A DNA stretch of 37,984 bases. Origin: Pseudomonadota bacterium (GTDB lineage Bacteria > Bdellovibrionota_B > Oligoflexia > Silvanigrellales > Silvanigrellaceae). The notes below the pieces were generated by a model. It did not search any database and had not been told where the DNA came from. It saw nothing but the letters and a program-made list of their open reading frames with translations. This document shows, piece by piece, positions 35,203-37,984 of the stretch. Location of the stretch: assembly GCA_039799905.1 (NCBI GenBank), contig JBDLRP010000044.1:1-37984 (forward strand). The letters are read 5' to 3'. The translations under genes were made by a program, and so were the position numbers. The first letter of the stretch is position 1. Every line of letters starts with the position of its first letter.

Positions 35203-37563
35203 TCAACCCGATGAAGTGAGAACAGGCAGACTCACGGTAAAAGCTGAGCCGCGTCCTTCACCAGCCGACTCTGCCCACACGCTGCCACCATGCAGTTCCA
35301 CCAAGTGCTTCACAATCGACAGACCCAACCCAAGTCCGCCATACATGCGGTTCATGCCGCTGTCCTGCTGGCGGAAGCGTTCGAAGACGTGCGGGAGAAA
35401 TTGTGGATTGATACCGACACCCGTATCCGAAATACGGACAAGCGCCCGTGCGCCATCCATTTTTAGTGTTACCTTGACCCGACCGTTGCGCGGAGTGAAT
35501 TTTATCGCATTCGAAAGCAAGTTCCAAAAAATTTGCTGAAGCCTCGTGACGTCCCCGTAGACGGGTCCCAGATTGGGTTCAAATTCGGTTACGATGCGGA
35601 TGTTTTTGCTTTGCGCTGCGAGCAGTTCCGCCGAAATGACCGACTCGACAATATTGGCCAAATCAACCGGTTTGGGGTTGAGTTTAAATTTTCCAGTGAT
35701 GACCCGACTCACATCGAGAATGTCATCAATCAGTGTGACAAGTGAACGTGAATTACGTTCAATAGCATCGATGGCCTCATCTCGCTCTGTCTCGTTCAGT
35801 CTTTCGTACTTGAGCAACTCGACAAATCCGCCAATAACGCCCGCCGGTGTCCGCAGCTCGTGGGAAAGAGTTGCAAGAAATTCATCTTTTAGATTGTTTG
35901 CAGACTGCGCATCCCGATAATGCTTCTCCATTTCAAGACGTGCCAGACGCTCTTTTTCGAGCGCCTGATTGCGCTCACGTTCGAGCCTTCTTTGCTCGGT
36001 GACATTGGACTGCACACCCAAATAGCGAAGCAATTTGCCGTTCTCATCGAGGATGGGCTCAAGTTTGAGGCGATTGATCCATGCCTGACCGCTTTTTGTG
36101 TAGTTGAGGATGTCGCAGCTGTAGGGGATCTGCGCACGAATGGCTTTGCCCAGTTCTCTGATGGTCGCAGGGTCGGTATCCGGTCCCTGCAAGAAGCGGC
36201 AATTCCGCCCCAGCACTTCTTCCTGGGTATAGCCCGTCAACTTAAGAAATCCGGGGCTGGCATAGACGACCGGTTGATCAGGAAGCGCAGGGTCCGTTAG
36301 GACAATTCCGTCATTGGCGCGTTCAATAGCGGCAGATTTTAGGAGCAGCTGCTCCTCTGCCATCTTCAATTCAGTGACGTCCTCATGCACAACTACCGCA
36401 CAGCGTCCGCGAGATGTTTCAAATCGCGTCACCTTGCATTGGTACCATCGCTTTGTGTTGTCAATTTTCAAAAAATACGTTTGGGAAAATTCTTCATTCC
36501 GCCCGTCGAGGACATCGCGGATTCCATTTCGAATCGCAGCAGAGAAGGGTGAGTCTTCGTCATTTACGCCGCTCGCAGGCATGAGATAGTTTTGTCCGAC
36601 TATTGTGTCCTTGTCCGCCGAAACAATGCCTATGGCTGAGAGCCGCCACGCTCTGTTGACTTCCGTCACGATGCCGGTGGAGTCAACGATGCAAATCTGC
36701 GCACTCAGGCTGTCCAGTGTCGCCTGAGCGAGCGTGGCGCTGTCAGAGGCCTGTTTTTCGTACGCGTCTCGAAGTCGTCTGTTGGCAAGTGAAAGCGAAA
36801 AACCGTTCTGATTGAGCGAATCCGGACGCAAAAAAACTGAGTCGAGTGTGAGGGCGAAAACCACTCCAAGTGCCAGAATTGCGTTGTTGATTTGTGCATC
36901 AAAGGTCGAAATAAAGAAACACATTATGCCCGACTGGATGCAATAATAAAGAAGGATGCTGAGCATCTTTCCATTGTCTCGAGCGTATTTGTTCAGATAG
37001 AAGATAACAAGACCGAAGGTTGCTGCAATGAAATTAAGGATCAGAGCGAGTCGGTAAATGACCTCGGTTCCGAATATATTGTTCTCGGAAATTGCCAAAA
37101 AAATAAGAATCAGTGCAAAGGCAAAAATGATTGCAAGGCCGGCGTGTTGCGGGAAAGCGCGTTCTCTCAGGGTCGAACATACAACCGATGTCGATTCTCC
37201 CAAGATGAGCACAGGAATCAGCGCGGCGTTTGCCGAAAAGCCAAAACTCGACAACTTTCCGTCACCCAGTAGTCCTGCAAGAACTTTAAGCTGTATGAAT
37301 ATTGCAATGATGTTTACGAATGCCGGAGTGAGGATTTCAAGCCGTCGTTCGCGGTCATTGTTGAGAGGAAACTTCGTCAGCAGCAATAGCACCAGCGGTG
37401 ACAATCCTATAATGTTGATGATTGTCAGCAGGTTGAGGTGAAGCCGTGTTGCACTTGTCTGGGTCAGCGAAAATTTCAGCACGATGCATGCAAAGAGCAT
37501 CGGCAGATGGCACATCAATATGGCATTTGTACGTTTCGACAGACTTTGAAGATTCACCATCAT
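35203..37563 (-). CDS. membrane-bound PAS-LOV sensor histidine kinase
   Basis: About 7 N-terminal TMs, a PAS domain, a LOV domain with GRNCRFLQGP, H-box FLATLSHELRTP, N-box NLLSNAIKFT, DTGVGI, GGLGLGL; no receiver domain. Confidence 0.92.
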   Translation of the reverse strand: MMVNLQSLSKRTNAILMCHLPMLFACIVLKFSLTQTSATRLHLNLLTIINIIGLSPLVLLLLTKFPLNNDRERRLEILTPAFVNIIAIFIQLKVLAGLLGDGKLSSFGFSANAALIPVLILGESTSVVCSTLRERAFPQHAGLAIIFAFALILIFLAISENNIFGTEVIYRLALILNFIAATFGLVIFYLNKYARDNGKMLSILLYYCIQSGIMCFFISTFDAQINNAILALGVVFALTLDSVFLRPDSLNQNGFSLSLANRRLRDAYEKQASDSATLAQATLDSLSAQICIVDSTGIVTEVNRAWRLSAIGIVSADKDTIVGQNYLMPASGVNDEDSPFSAAIRNGIRDVLDGRNEEFSQTYFLKIDNTKRWYQCKVTRFETSRGRCAVVVHEDVTELKMAEEQLLLKSAAIERANDGIVLTDPALPDQPVVYASPGFLKLTGYTQEEVLGRNCRFLQGPDTDPATIRELGKAIRAQIPYSCDILNYTKSGQAWINRLKLEPILDENGKLLRYLGVQSNVTEQRRLERERNQALEKERLARLEMEKHYRDAQSANNLKDEFLATLSHELRTPAGVIGGFVELLKYERLNETERDEAIDAIERNSRSLVTLIDDILDVSRVITGKFKLNPKPVDLANIVESVISAELLAAQSKNIRIVTEFEPNLGPVYGDVTRLQQIFWNLLSNAIKFTPRNGRVKVTLKMDGARALVRISDTGVGINPQFLPHVFERFRQQDSGMNRMYGGLGLGLSIVKHLVELHGGSVWAESAGEGRGSAFTVSLPVLTSSG

Positions 37564-37653
37564 TTCCGCTTCGCTGGGTCACAGGTGAGAATCCAGCTAT
37601 CTTTTTCGGCGTCACACCGACAGCTGAAATGCTTCTCAAAAGGTAAGGGCGGC

Positions 37654-37984
37654 ATGAGGTTCAAACTGACTGGAAAAGTACTGGCTTATCTTGGAGCAGT
37701 TTGCAGTGGTCTGGCATTCGGCGGAGTGTTTGCACACAATTACTCACAAATTCGTAAAGAATATCAGTTTGATTTGATACGGCGTCTGGAGAGTCATGAG
37801 TCAAACGTCAAGAGGCTCGAAAGGTATTGCGCCCGGCGGGATGCGCTTTTTTGTTTTGATGCTGTGTCAGCAAGAACTGCCTGGGATTCGATCTTTTCGA
37901 AAGCTGAGGCCGGCCGCCTTGCGGAGGGTTGCGAATCGGGGGATCAGCGCGCATGCCGCATCACTGACTCGTTGAGAAGAATCG
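37654..37984 (+). CDS. membrane-anchored or secreted Cys-repeat protein, 3' end outside the window
   Basis: Open frame from ATG 37654 to the edge: MRFKLTGKVLAYLGAVCSGLAFGGVFA, then two C-x7-C pairs (CARRDALFC, CESGDQRAC) reminiscent of Sel1/Hcp-type repeats. Confidence 0.5.
   Translation, partial: MRFKLTGKVLAYLGAVCSGLAFGGVFAHNYSQIRKEYQFDLIRRLESHESNVKRLERYCARRDALFCFDAVSARTAWDSIFSKAEAGRLAEGCESGDQRACRITDSLRRI

Noticed and set aside
36800..37563. The ~7-TM region of the LOV kinase as a microbial rhodopsin
   Set aside because: No retinal-binding Lys (DxxxK) in the last helix and no RYxDW-like motif
1..37984. Prophage, IS element, integrase, tRNA or rRNA
   Set aside because: No recognisable motifs or terminal repeats; intergenic gaps are short and none shows a cloverleaf by eye (covariance-model search not run)

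Overview
Bacterial chromosomal window, gene-dense, with no rRNA, tRNA, CRISPR array or mobile element recognisable by eye. A Bd3614-like deaminase, many lipoprotein hydrolases and a STAS-like small protein suggest a Bdellovibrionota/Oligoflexia-type organism (inference). Left part: ABC-F ATPase (runs off the edge), CobB sirtuin, PIG-L deacetylase plus SIS sugar isomerase, GTP-PEPCK, M48 peptidase, FAD oxidoreductase and a flippase. Iron locus: a Fur-box-like palindrome between a divergent outer-membrane barrel gene and feoA-feoB, followed by an unannotated 56-aa Cys-containing membrane protein coupled to an RMD1/DUF155 gene; dps lies nearby. Best candidate for an undescribed system: a divergently arranged ~10 kb putative biosynthetic cluster (18723-28435) encoding an AurF-like diiron oxygenase, a large GNAT N-acyltransferase, a small secreted protein, an AMP-ligase::UbiA prenyltransferase fusion, an RPH/PigC-architecture phosphotransferase and a LolD/FtsX-type ABC system, with a Bd3614-like deaminase directly downstream. 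Right part: L,D-transpeptidase, S8 protease with Pro/Thr linker and PA14 domain, orphan DarG-like macrodomain, minimal DacB, STAS-like protein, YciH and a membrane-anchored PAS-LOV histidine kinase. All family calls come from reading motifs by eye; no database search was run.
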